Part shown: in pieces, positions 48,615 through 58,588 of the stretch
Position numbering within the stretch: position 1 is the stretch's first letter
Layout of the letters: each line of letters starts with the position of its first letter
From: Candidatus Latescibacterota bacterium
Lineage (GTDB): Bacteria; Latescibacterota; UBA2968; UBA8231
DNA length: 64,000 bases
Assembly: GCA_965206595.1 (NCBI GenBank)
Contig: OZ242214.1
Location: 3,648,001-3,712,000, forward strand
Direction: 5' to 3'
Made by a program: the position numbers and the translations under genes
The notes under the pieces: model-generated
Database searches by the model: none
Seen by the model: only the letters and a program-made list of their open reading frames with translations
What the model was told of the DNA's origin: nothing

Positions 48615-50123
48615 TCAACCAGCGGGGGAGGGCGGGGGGTCAGGGTCGCCGAGTTCGATCGGCGGCAGTCGACATCGGGCCAGTTCCCCCATGGTCACCG
48701 GCTTGACCGGGGGTTGCGGGTTGGCGCGCCCGCAAGTTTCAGGGGGACTGGATAGCTTGCCACTCATGTAGAGGGCGCAGGCAGGCCCGCAGTAGCGTCC
48801 CTGGCAGGGCCCCATGCCAAGACGGGTCGCCAGTTTGACCGATTGCAAATCGCGCGCGCCCCTGCCATCCACGGCCACATCCACATCGCTGCGACGTACC
48901 TCCTCGCAGCGGCACATGACGGTCCCCTCGTCTGCCAGCTTGGCCAGTCCGAAACGCAACCGGGACAGCTCGTCCAGGTAGCGCCTGGGCCGAGCGAGCG
49001 AGCGAAGCTTCTTCATTGGCTTCGCAAGGCGAGCGGCGGCCTCCGCATGTTCGAGCGCGCCCAGTTGTTCAGCTGCGATGATGCCGGCCACGCGTCCCTC
49101 CTGCTCAGCTACCAGCGACCCGGCAACGCCGCTGCTGTCGCCAGCCGCAAGAACACCAGGCACCGTCGTACACATGAGCTCATCTCTGACCGGAACCCAC
49201 CCGCCCAGCGCTTCGTCGTAGCGGTGCTGGCAGCCCGCGAGAGTGGTCAGCTCGGTGTTGGGTACGAAGCCATAGCCGACGACGAGCAAGTCCACATCAA
49301 CACGGTTGGATTTCTCGAAGTCAGGCGTCCAATCGGGCAAGTTGACCGGGCCGTAAGCGACGCTTTCGACCGCCCCGGCCCCATCGGCTTTGAAGACGAC
49401 GTGGTTGTACAACAATGGGATACCGTGGCGGCGCAGACCACTGAAGTAACCCCAGGCGTCTCTCATTAGATTGCCGTGGCCGAGCAAGGCACCCGCAGCC
49501 CTCACCTTGCCAGGCCGTCGACCAGCTTCCAGGACCGCCACGACTTCCACACCGGAATCCGCGAGCTGGTTGGCGACCACCAGAAGCAATGGACCGGTCC
49601 CGGCAACAAGGGCGCGCTTGCCCGGACGGATCCCCATGGTCTTGACGAGGCTCTGCACACCGCCTGCCGCCATCACCCCCGGTAGTGTCCAGCCTGGAAA
49701 GGCCACCGGTCGGTCATACGCTCCCGTGGCGATGATCAACTTGCTCGTGGCGAGAATCTCGCAGCCGTCGTCGCCACCACACAGAATCCTCGGGGTTGGA
49801 TCGATCCACACCCCGAGCACCGCTGTGTTCGACATGCGTTCCACCCCGTCGGCACTGGCCTCGAATTCATCGCGCAGGGCCTCGCCTCTGACGAAGTCCT
49901 TGCTTTCTCGGTGTTTTTCCCCAGGGCTGAATTCGCCGGGCATGCAGCGATAGATCTGTCCTCCAAGCGCCGGGGCCTCGTCGACGAGTGTGCATTCCCG
50001 CACGCCGGACTTCGCTGCTTCAACTGCCGCGCACATTCCCGCAGGACCGCCGCCGATGATGACGAGCTGTCTCTCGCGGGACGCGGGACCCATCCCGGAC
50101 GGCTCCTCTTGGTCGCCGCTCAT
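48615..50123 (-). CDS. hcnB: HcnB-like FAD/NAD(P) oxidoreductase with a BFD-like [2Fe-2S] tail (in frame with the upstream HcnA part)
   Basis: IIGGGPAG, GGQIYR, ATGAYDRPVAFPGWTLPGVM, GTGPLL, AAGD, CRCEEV, TRLGMGPCQGRYC. Confidence 0.8.
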   Translation of the reverse strand: MSGDQEEPSGMGPASRERQLVIIGGGPAGMCAAVEAAKSGVRECTLVDEAPALGGQIYRCMPGEFSPGEKHRESKDFVRGEALRDEFEASADGVERMSNTAVLGVWIDPTPRILCGGDDGCEILATSKLIIATGAYDRPVAFPGWTLPGVMAAGGVQSLVKTMGIRPGKRALVAGTGPLLLVVANQLADSGVEVVAVLEAGRRPGKVRAAGALLGHGNLMRDAWGYFSGLRRHGIPLLYNHVVFKADGAGAVESVAYGPVNLPDWTPDFEKSNRVDVDLLVVGYGFVPNTELTTLAGCQHRYDEALGGWVPVRDELMCTTVPGVLAAGDSSGVAGSLVAEQEGRVAGIIAAEQLGALEHAEAAARLAKPMKKLRSLARPRRYLDELSRLRFGLAKLADEGTVMCRCEEVRRSDVDVAVDGRGARDLQSVKLATRLGMGPCQGRYCGPACALYMSGKLSSPPETCGRANPQPPVKPVTMGELARCRLPPIELGDPDPPPSPAG

Positions 50124-50444
50124 GCGGCTGCCGGTGCCGAGCCCAAATACTTCGTTGTTGTCGTTACGGAGTGCCATGCCGTCTCGCACCGGAAGATTGC
50201 ATGTACGCACGTTGGGCCGACCGTCCACCGTGAGGACGCAATCGAAACAGTTGCCGATTCCGCAGTACGGACCGCGGGCTTCACCCAGCCGGCTCTTCCT
50301 GAAAGCTCTGACCCCGGCTGCCATGAGCGCCGCGGCGACGCTCTCGCCGCTGAAAGCGCGTATCGGCCTGTCGTCGAGATAGATCGTCATCTCAACGCCG
50401 CGAGTTGCGGACCCGTGGATTCGGCTGTTGCGATCCTCATTCAC
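50120..50444 (-). CDS. hcnA: HcnA-like [2Fe-2S] subunit (read through into hcnB in this sequence)
   Basis: GESVAAAL, YCGIGNCFDC..VDG...RTC..PVRDGM. Confidence 0.78.
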
Positions 50445-50780
50445 CGCTCGGTGCGACTCCCGCCTGCCTGCCGGCTTTGGAAGGGGGATGTAACAGAACT
50501 CGGTCGATTTCCGAGTGCCGGCAACATCCCGTTACTGTGGTGGCGATCGGGAACGCATACGCGCCATGGCATCGCCTCATTGTCCTTCTACAGGATAATT
50601 CATGGCACCGTGGGAAGTCCAGAAATTGGACCGCGCACCGCCGGCAATTCGGAGTCGGAAACGCGGGGCAACTGCCGGGGCTCTAATTGAGACCGGCTGC
50701 CAACCTTGGTATTATGGTTGTATGCTCTGAGCTTTTCCTCAAATCCATCAGGGTCGTTGTCGATCGCGAGGGATGAGCCT

Positions 50781-52460
50781 GTGAAATTATTAAGCGGCTG
50801 TTTTACCCTGTCAGTATTCGCGTTTAGCGGATGCGGCGAACCGCCGGATGCCATCGTTGCCGATGTGGGTGAGGAAGCCATCAGGGCGTCCTCTCTTCTC
50901 GACTTGGTGGCCGCTCTGCTGCCCGGACAGCGGACGGATAAAACCGGGGACGAGGCCCGGCGGCACTATCTGCAGATTCTGGTAGACGGTCGCCTGCTCA
51001 TTCTGGAGGCAAGCAATCGCGGGATCGACACGACACAGCCCGTGGAGAAGGCGGTGAGAGAAGCGGTCGACGAAAAGGTTCGCGCCCTGTACCGTTCGAA
51101 AATGCCGGCCGGAGCCCCGGTAACCGAGGCAGAGATGCGCCAATTTTTCGAGCGCGAGGAATTCGACAGGGAGCGGAACCTGAGCAGGATCGTGGCGCGG
51201 GACCGCGCAAGCATGGACAGGTTGGTCGAGAAGCTCAAGTCCGGAGAGCCTTTCGAGGAGGTCGCCCGGTTCCATTCCATCGACCGACAGGCGGCGCAGC
51301 AGGGGGGGGAGCTGGGATACGTCACGCGCCCCGCGCTTGACATGCACCCCGTCCTGGCCAGGCTGCAAATTCCACCCGACCTGTTCCAGTCGCTGGCCGA
51401 AGGCGAGGTGTCCGTGCCGGTACCGACTACCGGGGGAGCCTGGCAGGTGGTTCGCTTCACGGATAGCAGGCCCGCCGAGTTCGAGAAATACGCAGGGTTG
51501 ATCAAAAAGCAAATGAGTAAACAGCGGCGATTTTGGGCCTACGAGGAACACCTGGAGGTGCTCGAAAACACTTACCGTGTGCGCCTGGACTGGACCGGTC
51601 TGACGGAACTGACAAAGGCCTTCCCTGCGCGAAATTCCGGCGCCCTGGCGGCCAGTTCCACTCCCTTGTACCACTACGATCGAGGCAGGGTCACCGTGGC
51701 CGAGGCCAATGAGGCTCTGCGGGCTTCCAACCTCAGGCGGGCCTTCGCTGACACCGCAGAAGCCGGGCAGGTGATTCGAACCTATGTAATGGGTCCGCGC
51801 CTCATCGAGCTTGCGGCGAGGGATGAGGGGCTGTATGAAACCACGGACATCCGCAAGTTCCGAAAGCAGAAGCGGGAAGCGCTACTGGCCGAACATATAA
51901 GGAGCCATGCCATAGCGGACATCGAGGTAACCGAGGAGGAAGTCCGGCAGTACTACAACGCCAACCCCGAACTGTTCCTCGACGAGGGATATGCTCATGT
52001 AGAGGAATTGCTGCTGTCGTCCAAAGCCGCAGCCGCGAAAATTCGAGCCCGGATCGCGTCAGGAGAAACATTCACCGATCTTGCAGCCCACAGCCTGCGC
52101 CCCGACCCGCATGGCGACGCCAAGTTTCACCTCCACCCGAAACACAGGCGGGTCTATCCCAAGTTATGGACCGCCATCGAGGCAGCGACCGACGGCGAGT
52201 TGACGGGGCCTGTCGAGGTAAGTGGCGGATACACCCTTTTCCGTGTGCTGGAGCGAGTGCCCGAAAGCAAGCAGCCGTATGCCCAGGCGCACCCCAGAGC
52301 GCGCGCCCTGCAGCTGCGGCTGCGGCAGGGCGAAGAGTTTGAGGGGCTGATCTCCCGGCTGCGGGAGAAGTACAGGGCCCAGGTGGTGGTGCATGAGGAA
52401 AAGTTGACCGAGGCGCTGCCGGACAGCTTGCTTCAGGTTTGGTCGGGGAATGGGCAGTAG
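50781..52460 (+). CDS. SurA/PrsA-like lipoprotein with two parvulin (PpiC) domains
   Basis: FSGC lipobox; GEPFEEVARFHSID...GGELGY; second GETFTDLA...GPVEVSGGY. Confidence 0.85.
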   Translation: MKLLSGCFTLSVFAFSGCGEPPDAIVADVGEEAIRASSLLDLVAALLPGQRTDKTGDEARRHYLQILVDGRLLILEASNRGIDTTQPVEKAVREAVDEKVRALYRSKMPAGAPVTEAEMRQFFEREEFDRERNLSRIVARDRASMDRLVEKLKSGEPFEEVARFHSIDRQAAQQGGELGYVTRPALDMHPVLARLQIPPDLFQSLAEGEVSVPVPTTGGAWQVVRFTDSRPAEFEKYAGLIKKQMSKQRRFWAYEEHLEVLENTYRVRLDWTGLTELTKAFPARNSGALAASSTPLYHYDRGRVTVAEANEALRASNLRRAFADTAEAGQVIRTYVMGPRLIELAARDEGLYETTDIRKFRKQKREALLAEHIRSHAIADIEVTEEEVRQYYNANPELFLDEGYAHVEELLLSSKAAAAKIRARIASGETFTDLAAHSLRPDPHGDAKFHLHPKHRRVYPKLWTAIEAATDGELTGPVEVSGGYTLFRVLERVPESKQPYAQAHPRARALQLRLRQGEEFEGLISRLREKYRAQVVVHEEKLTEALPDSLLQVWSGNGQ

Positions 52461-52626
52461 TGCCGTGTACATTGGACCAATCCTCCGCAAGGGTTCTCAG
52501 CCGAGCGCACCCGAACCGGCCGCCGCACCTGTGGCCAAGACCATTTCGGCGCCTACGGCGGGGGGCTATTTCAATTAGATTGGCGGCGGGAGGGTTCAGG
52601 ACAATCAGCGGCAAACAGCCAAACAG

Positions 52627-53305
52627 GTGGCCGCCGGCCAATTCAACCGAGTTGGGGCGGCGGCGCCCTGGCGAACCCCGAGGAAGGCCGAACGAGAACG
52701 CACCCGCAGGATTTGTTTTTCGCGAGATTGTGGCCAATCCCGTGGTGATTCAGGTCACCACCGCACTCTTGGACGAGGGAATCTTCAACAGCTTTTACAA
52801 CGGAAACACCAATTGTCCCGGCAGCGGCACCCAGCCGTTGCACCGGGACGGACCCCATCTACGGCCGGGTCACGAGCCCCACCCGACCGCGTGCGTGGAG
52901 GTGAGTATCTCTCCGCTCGATGTGACGGAAGAGAACGGGGCAGTGGAGCTGTGGCCGGGCACGCATCTGCACAGCTTCCCGGAAACCGTGATCGACAAGG
53001 AAACCGAAAAGGCGCAAAGAGAGGTTTCTCCCCCGGTAAGCGGGTGCGCGAAAAAGGGAAGCGTGCTCATCCGGGAGGTGCGGCTCTGGCATAGAGGGGC
53101 TCCGAATCGCTCGGGTCGGCCCGCGGCATACGATTGCCTGGTCCACTGCATCTCCTGGTACCGGAATCGCGGACCGCTGATGTTCAATACCGGTTGTGAA
53201 GATGCCTTTCCCGATGATTGCGGTTTGAATCACACAGCGGAATTCACCGAGGATTCGATCGACTTTCTGTTTCGGAATCGGGCTGAAAGTGGAAAGAAAA
53301 GATGA
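52627..53305 (+). pseudogene. phytanoyl-CoA dioxygenase (PhyH) family, N-terminally degraded
   Basis: IVANP, GNTNCPGSGTQPLHRD (HxD), NGAVELWPGTH, GSVLIR..RLWHRG..NRS; no credible N-terminus. Confidence 0.7.
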
Positions 53306-53352
53306 AGGGTTGAGGGAGGAAGGCGATGGACTCACAGGATGGGAACTGAACG

Positions 53353-54183
53353 ATGACGGCTCCAAATGGGTGGATTCCCGCCGAGGGCAGTCTGACTGGG
53401 ATTTCGGAAAAATTCCCGCGGCCTCTCGAGGCGCTGGTGGCGGGCGAAACACCTGGAATCGTACTGCGCGAGGCCTTCGATCCCGATCACTGCGCCGGCC
53501 TCGTGAAGCGGCTCTACCAACGCGGCCTGGCATACGACCCCCGTCCTGCCGGGGACGGAGGGCGCCCCGTTTACGTCGGTCCCCATCTGGCCGGGCTGAA
53601 TGCCGACCCGGAGGAGTTCTTCGCCCGCGCCGCCGACACTCACCGGCTGTTCAAGAGCCTGTTCAACGGGTACGACGATCCGGTGAAGACCTTTTACGAT
53701 GCCCTGTCAGGCCTGGCGCCCGACAAGCGGGTGATGACCGCCCGCGAGCCGGATGGACGCCTCTACGGACCGGCGGTCTTCCGCATTTACTATTCCGGCG
53801 CCGGACACGGACCGCACTTCGACTCCGTGGCAAAGCGGCAGAAGTTGTACGACTACCAGGTGTCGAGGTTCCGGAACCAGTTGGCCGGGGTGATGTGCTT
53901 TCAGAACTCCGGGCAGGAAGGGGAGTGCGGAGAGCCTTTCCTCTACAACTGCCCCTGGACTCCCGCGGTGCAGAGATACATAACTGATGGCACGTTCGGG
54001 AAGTACGCCGCGGAGCGGGAAATCCCCCGGGTTCAGATCCAGCTCGAGCCGGGCGACCTGTACTTCTTCTTCTCCGAAAACATCCACGAAGTACCTCCGG
54101 TCACGGGGGAGAGGCCGCGTATCGTGCTTGCGGCTTTCTTCGGCATGTCCCCCGACGACGAGGAGATTTTCGTCTGGTCGTAA
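53353..54183 (+). CDS. Fe(II)/2-oxoglutarate-dependent oxygenase-like protein
   Basis: FRIY..G.GHGPHFD (HxD), PGDLYFF..ENIHEV...G.RPR. Confidence 0.75.
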   Translation: MTAPNGWIPAEGSLTGISEKFPRPLEALVAGETPGIVLREAFDPDHCAGLVKRLYQRGLAYDPRPAGDGGRPVYVGPHLAGLNADPEEFFARAADTHRLFKSLFNGYDDPVKTFYDALSGLAPDKRVMTAREPDGRLYGPAVFRIYYSGAGHGPHFDSVAKRQKLYDYQVSRFRNQLAGVMCFQNSGQEGECGEPFLYNCPWTPAVQRYITDGTFGKYAAEREIPRVQIQLEPGDLYFFFSENIHEVPPVTGERPRIVLAAFFGMSPDDEEIFVWS

Positions 54184-54237
54184 TGATGCAGTTGCCGCGT
54201 GCCCAAGGCGGAACGCGCGCACCGAAAGGAACGACAA

Positions 54238-55335
54238 ATGAAAATTGCGAAAGTCGAAACGTTCCAGATCGAAACCCCGCGCCATTACCAGGAACACCCG
54301 GTCAAAACTGGGGAATCGACCGGCCACGTCATTGTCAAGCTCCACGTCGACGACGGGCTCGTAGGACTGGGGGAGGCGCCGGACAGCCGGGCCGACGACC
54401 TGGGCGCCATTGCAGTGCGTTACAACGACCTGCTGGTCGGACGCGACGCCACCCGTATTACCGAAATCAACGAATTCCTGAGGACGCAGGACTTTGCCAG
54501 CACGGTGAGCAACCCGCACCTGACCGCGGCCATCGACCTGGCGCTCTACGACCTCAACGGCAAACTGCAGGGGGTGCCGGCCTATCATTTACTGGGCGGA
54601 AAAATGCGGGAGAATGTGTACTTCTGTTATCCGATCATCGGGGAACACCTGCAGGGAGGTTTCGAGCGGAACGCCAGCTACCTGCAGCGGCTGGTCGATC
54701 TGGGGCACCACCTGTTTCGCTACTACATCTCGGGCGACAGCGATCTGGACGACCGTTTTTTAAGCGAGATGAAAGCACGCTTCGGTGAGAAAATCCGCCT
54801 CAAAGCCATCGATTTCAGCGGGAGTTTCCCGGATTGGGAGACCGCCCTGCGCTACGCCGATGCCCTGCGTCATCACGATCCGTACAACTTCGAGCAGCCG
54901 TCGAACGACCTGCGGGTGTGCGCCGATTTCGTCAAGCGGGTGGACGTGCCGGTGAGTCAGCATATCCGCAGCCTGGAAGAAGGCTACGAGGCGATCCAGC
55001 GGGGAGCCTGCACCGTCCTCAACCTGGCGTGGATCTGGTGGGGGCCGACCTACGTCCGCCGCATGTTCGCGCTGGCGGAAGCCGCTGGTTTCAAGACCTT
55101 CCTTTCCACCGATCAGGATTCGACCGTCGGGACGGCTGGGGCCGTTCACCTCGGGGTTTCGGTTCCCAACCTCGACCTTCCCTCGGATCCGGCCGGCCCC
55201 CTGCTGTATACGGTTTCGCCTGCCAGGGAGCGGATCCGCACCGAGAACAGCCACCTGTATCCGCCGCAAGGCCCCGGGCTGGGGGTCGAGCTGGACGAGG
55301 ACAGGATGAGAGAGCTGACGGTGGCCTCAGCGTGA
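54238..55335 (+). CDS. enolase superfamily acid-sugar dehydratase, galactarate dehydratase (D-threo-forming, GalrD-II)-like
   Basis: HVIVKLH.D.G..G.GE, CYPI, FRYY (R-x-Y dyad), DFS, FEQP, VSQH, SDPAGPLLY, GLGVELDE. Confidence 0.8.
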   Translation: MKIAKVETFQIETPRHYQEHPVKTGESTGHVIVKLHVDDGLVGLGEAPDSRADDLGAIAVRYNDLLVGRDATRITEINEFLRTQDFASTVSNPHLTAAIDLALYDLNGKLQGVPAYHLLGGKMRENVYFCYPIIGEHLQGGFERNASYLQRLVDLGHHLFRYYISGDSDLDDRFLSEMKARFGEKIRLKAIDFSGSFPDWETALRYADALRHHDPYNFEQPSNDLRVCADFVKRVDVPVSQHIRSLEEGYEAIQRGACTVLNLAWIWWGPTYVRRMFALAEAAGFKTFLSTDQDSTVGTAGAVHLGVSVPNLDLPSDPAGPLLYTVSPARERIRTENSHLYPPQGPGLGVELDEDRMRELTVASA

Positions 55336-55432
55336 CCAGGCGTACGTTTTGGTCACTGCCATGCCGCCGGGTACGGAAAGATTCCGGAAGTGAGAGTCGG
55401 CCGGTAGTTATTTACCAGGAAGGTTCGGGACG

Positions 55433-56329
55433 ATGGTAAAGCTGGCTCGAGGTATCTGGCCGGCGCTCTGCACGGCGTTCGACGACCGTGGAGAGCGCGT
55501 CGACGGCGATCGTCAAAGGGCCCTGGTCAGGGCGCTGATCGACACCGGGATCCAGGGATTCTTCGTCTGCGGTGGAACCGGCGAGGGCAGGGCGATGTCC
55601 TTGCCGGAGCGCCAGGAGGTGGCCGAGGTCGTCGCCCGTGAAGTGGCCGGCGAGGTGAGAATCATCCTGCAGGCAGGCGGCACGTCCACGGATAACGCCG
55701 TCGAGCTGGCGCGGCACGCCGCGCGCCTTAAGGGAGTCGATGCGGTCGCCTCGGTGGCGCCTGTGGATGCTCCAAACGACCTCGGCGCCGCGGTCTCCCA
55801 CTACGCCGCCGTCGGGGCCGCGACCGACCTGCCGTTCTACGTGTATTGGCTGAAGCACGAGGCCGATACCAGGGCCACGGCCGATAACTTTCTCGAAGCA
55901 ATGCAGGAAGTCCCGAACTTCGCGGGGGTGAAGTTCACCGACCACAACCTCTATCTCTTCGGACAGCTCATCGACCGCTCAGGCGGCGGTATAAACGCCG
56001 TTTCCGGGCCGGATGAAATGGCCTTGCCGGCGATGGTAATGGGCGCGGACGCCGCCATCGGAACCACCTACAACGTCATGCCGGAGATTTTTCTGCAAAT
56101 GCGCCGCGCTTTCGATTCAGGCGATCTGGCCGCCGCCCGGTGCTGCCAGGTGCAGGCTAATCGCGTTATCCGACTGCTGCTCGAAGTCGGTGCGCTGCCG
56201 GGAGTAAAGCAGATGCTCGCGGACCGCGGCACCCCGGTGGGACCGACGCGGATCGTCCCGCCGCTCGACGGCGCCGCGAAGATCGCGCTGCGTGCCGGTC
56301 TCGAGCAGCTGGACATCGACATTCGCTGA
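55433..56329 (+). CDS. DapA/NanA family aldolase
   Basis: CGGTGE, PFYVY, GVKFT, SGPDE, AIGTTYN. Confidence 0.88.
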   Translation: MVKLARGIWPALCTAFDDRGERVDGDRQRALVRALIDTGIQGFFVCGGTGEGRAMSLPERQEVAEVVAREVAGEVRIILQAGGTSTDNAVELARHAARLKGVDAVASVAPVDAPNDLGAAVSHYAAVGAATDLPFYVYWLKHEADTRATADNFLEAMQEVPNFAGVKFTDHNLYLFGQLIDRSGGGINAVSGPDEMALPAMVMGADAAIGTTYNVMPEIFLQMRRAFDSGDLAAARCCQVQANRVIRLLLEVGALPGVKQMLADRGTPVGPTRIVPPLDGAAKIALRAGLEQLDIDIR

Positions 56330-56482
56330 ACCACGCAGGGGCCGCTGACGGTGGCGACTCGAGGTTCTGCCTGTCGACGGAACACCCCTGACAACCCGAT
56401 CTTCAGAAATGCTCGAACTGTCGGACGCAACCGAGATCGAGGGAGAAACGAGAGCAGTGGAACTTCGAACTGGAGGGAAAAA

Positions 56483-58423
56483 ATGGCGGATGCAGGCTCT
56501 TCAAGGCAGGTGACTGTCCCCGGGGTGGTCGAGGTCGTAGCGACGCAGGTTTCCCCTCCTCCGGGATGGGCGCTCCTGGAACGCCGGTTGATGGCACTCA
56601 TGGAGAAAGCCGTTCGGCCCATGGTCGACAAGTACGCGGAAAAGGGCGGTGCCTTCTACTTCGCCGACGATGTGGACGACCTCTACGAACGGGTATACAA
56701 CTGGGGCCTGTTCTACGCCATGGGGGCAGATAGACAGGTGCTCGACCTGGCGCTCCAGCAGTGGAATGCAACCACCCGTTTCTTCGCCGACGATATCGTC
56801 AGCAGGGTGCACCCCCGCTTCAGTCCCCAGATTCACAACGAGTACTACAACCAGGGTTCTCCCGGCGCCAACGAGTGGCACCACCAGGGCGAGGGCAACA
56901 TGGCCTTCTACTATTTCGGCCTGGCCGACCCCACCATCTCGGAGAACGTGCGCCGCTCCAGGCGGTTTGCCGCGATGTTCCTCAACGAAGATCCGGAGGC
57001 CCCCAACTACGATCCCCGGCACAAGATCTTCCGCAGCCCCATGCAGACCAGCGTCGGCCCCATGCGCCACGCCAGTGTCGATAATGCGATCATGTGGCTT
57101 CAGGGGGGAATAGCGAGCATCGGGGAGATATCCCGCTATTACGGCGTGCGGGCCACCCTGTATCCGGCGGTGGAAAACCTGGAACCGGACTGGTTCGAAA
57201 CCCCCGAACGCAGGGACGAGATTCTGAAGCTGTTCGACGATATCGTCCTCAACGGCGACGTGGCCAACAGCCTGGGTGCCACCGCCCTCGTCACCAACGC
57301 CTACCTGTACACCGGCGAGGACAAGTACAGGCAGTGGGTGCTGGAGTATACGGAAGCCTGGATGGAACGGATGCGGCGCAACGGCGGCATCATGCCCGAC
57401 AACGTCGGACCGACGGGCAGGATCGGCGAAAACCGCCGGGGCCAGTGGTGGGGCGGGCTCTACGGCTGGAACAGCTTCGTCGGCTACAACATCATGTTCA
57501 ACTCGCTGACCATCGCGGCCGAATGCGCCGTCCTGTTAACCGGCGACTTCGGCTACCTGGAGCTGCTGCGCTCGCAGATCAGGATCCTCATGGAGAATGC
57601 CGTCACGCGGGAGGACGGCCAGCTCCTGCTTCCGGCCCGCTACGGTCCCGGCGGCTGGGAGTACGCCCTGGGAGACCCCGGCAAGCGGCCGCCGGCTCCG
57701 TTCCGCATGCAGGAACTCGCCCACCTGTACCACATATCCATGGCGGCCGAGGACTACGACCTCATCGCCAGAATCCGGGAGACCGACAAAGAGCGCGATT
57801 GGAATCACGTGCCTGTCGTCGGAGAAAAGAACTACGGCGACACCGAACTTGCCCGCTTCCAGTACTACGACGGCAAGAACCCCGACTGGCCCACCAGGAT
57901 CCTGCAGGCCGAGTACGAGAACGCCCAGACCGCTTTCGAGTCGATCCGGAACGAAACCCGCGATGCCCGGGCCCTGATCGCCGACAACTACTGTCCTCCC
58001 AATCCGGTCTACACCAAGGGGTTGACGCAGGTGACCATGGGGGCGCCGCACTCCGTGTACACCGGCGGCCTCTTGCGCGCGACCCTGCGCTACTTCGATT
58101 CGGACCGCGCCCGTCCCGGACTGCCGCCCGACGTCGCCGCCCTGGTCGACAAGCTGGGGGCTGGGAATGCAGGGGTTCATCTGGTCAACTTGAACACCAG
58201 CGAGACGCGAAACCTCATCGTGCAGGCCGGGGCCTTCGCCGAGCACCGGTTCGTCGAACTGACCTGTGGGGATCGGACCATCCCGGTGGAGTCGAAATAC
58301 TTCGCGGTCCGGCTTCCGCCTGCTGCATCCATCCGCCTGGACATGGTCATGCGCCGCTTTGTACACCGACCCACCTACGCCTTTCCCTGGCACGGGGAGG
58401 AGATCCCGGTGCCCTACCACTGA
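56483..58423 (+). CDS. conserved hypothetical protein (about 646 aa)
   Basis: GGAGG RBS; strong coding bias; DDVDDLYE..NW, EWHHQGEG, WWGGLYGW, RPGLPPDVAALV, QAGAFAEH. Confidence 0.8.
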   Translation: MADAGSSRQVTVPGVVEVVATQVSPPPGWALLERRLMALMEKAVRPMVDKYAEKGGAFYFADDVDDLYERVYNWGLFYAMGADRQVLDLALQQWNATTRFFADDIVSRVHPRFSPQIHNEYYNQGSPGANEWHHQGEGNMAFYYFGLADPTISENVRRSRRFAAMFLNEDPEAPNYDPRHKIFRSPMQTSVGPMRHASVDNAIMWLQGGIASIGEISRYYGVRATLYPAVENLEPDWFETPERRDEILKLFDDIVLNGDVANSLGATALVTNAYLYTGEDKYRQWVLEYTEAWMERMRRNGGIMPDNVGPTGRIGENRRGQWWGGLYGWNSFVGYNIMFNSLTIAAECAVLLTGDFGYLELLRSQIRILMENAVTREDGQLLLPARYGPGGWEYALGDPGKRPPAPFRMQELAHLYHISMAAEDYDLIARIRETDKERDWNHVPVVGEKNYGDTELARFQYYDGKNPDWPTRILQAEYENAQTAFESIRNETRDARALIADNYCPPNPVYTKGLTQVTMGAPHSVYTGGLLRATLRYFDSDRARPGLPPDVAALVDKLGAGNAGVHLVNLNTSETRNLIVQAGAFAEHRFVELTCGDRTIPVESKYFAVRLPPAASIRLDMVMRRFVHRPTYAFPWHGEEIPVPYH

Positions 58424-58588
58424 CCGAAAGACAATGATGACGCCGGCGCGAAAGCTGGCGTCGGGTTTGTGCCAGGCGAGTCCATTCCCAACAGAAGTGA
58501 TCCGAGGCTATATGCAAACATCCTGGAAGGCCATCATGTCACGACGAGGCCGGGAAATCCCGGGGCGCGGCTTGGACGGTGAAAATCC

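Noticed and set aside
50445-50780. ANR/FNR box upstream of the hcn-like operon
   Set aside because: No TTGAT-N4-ATCAA-like site recognised
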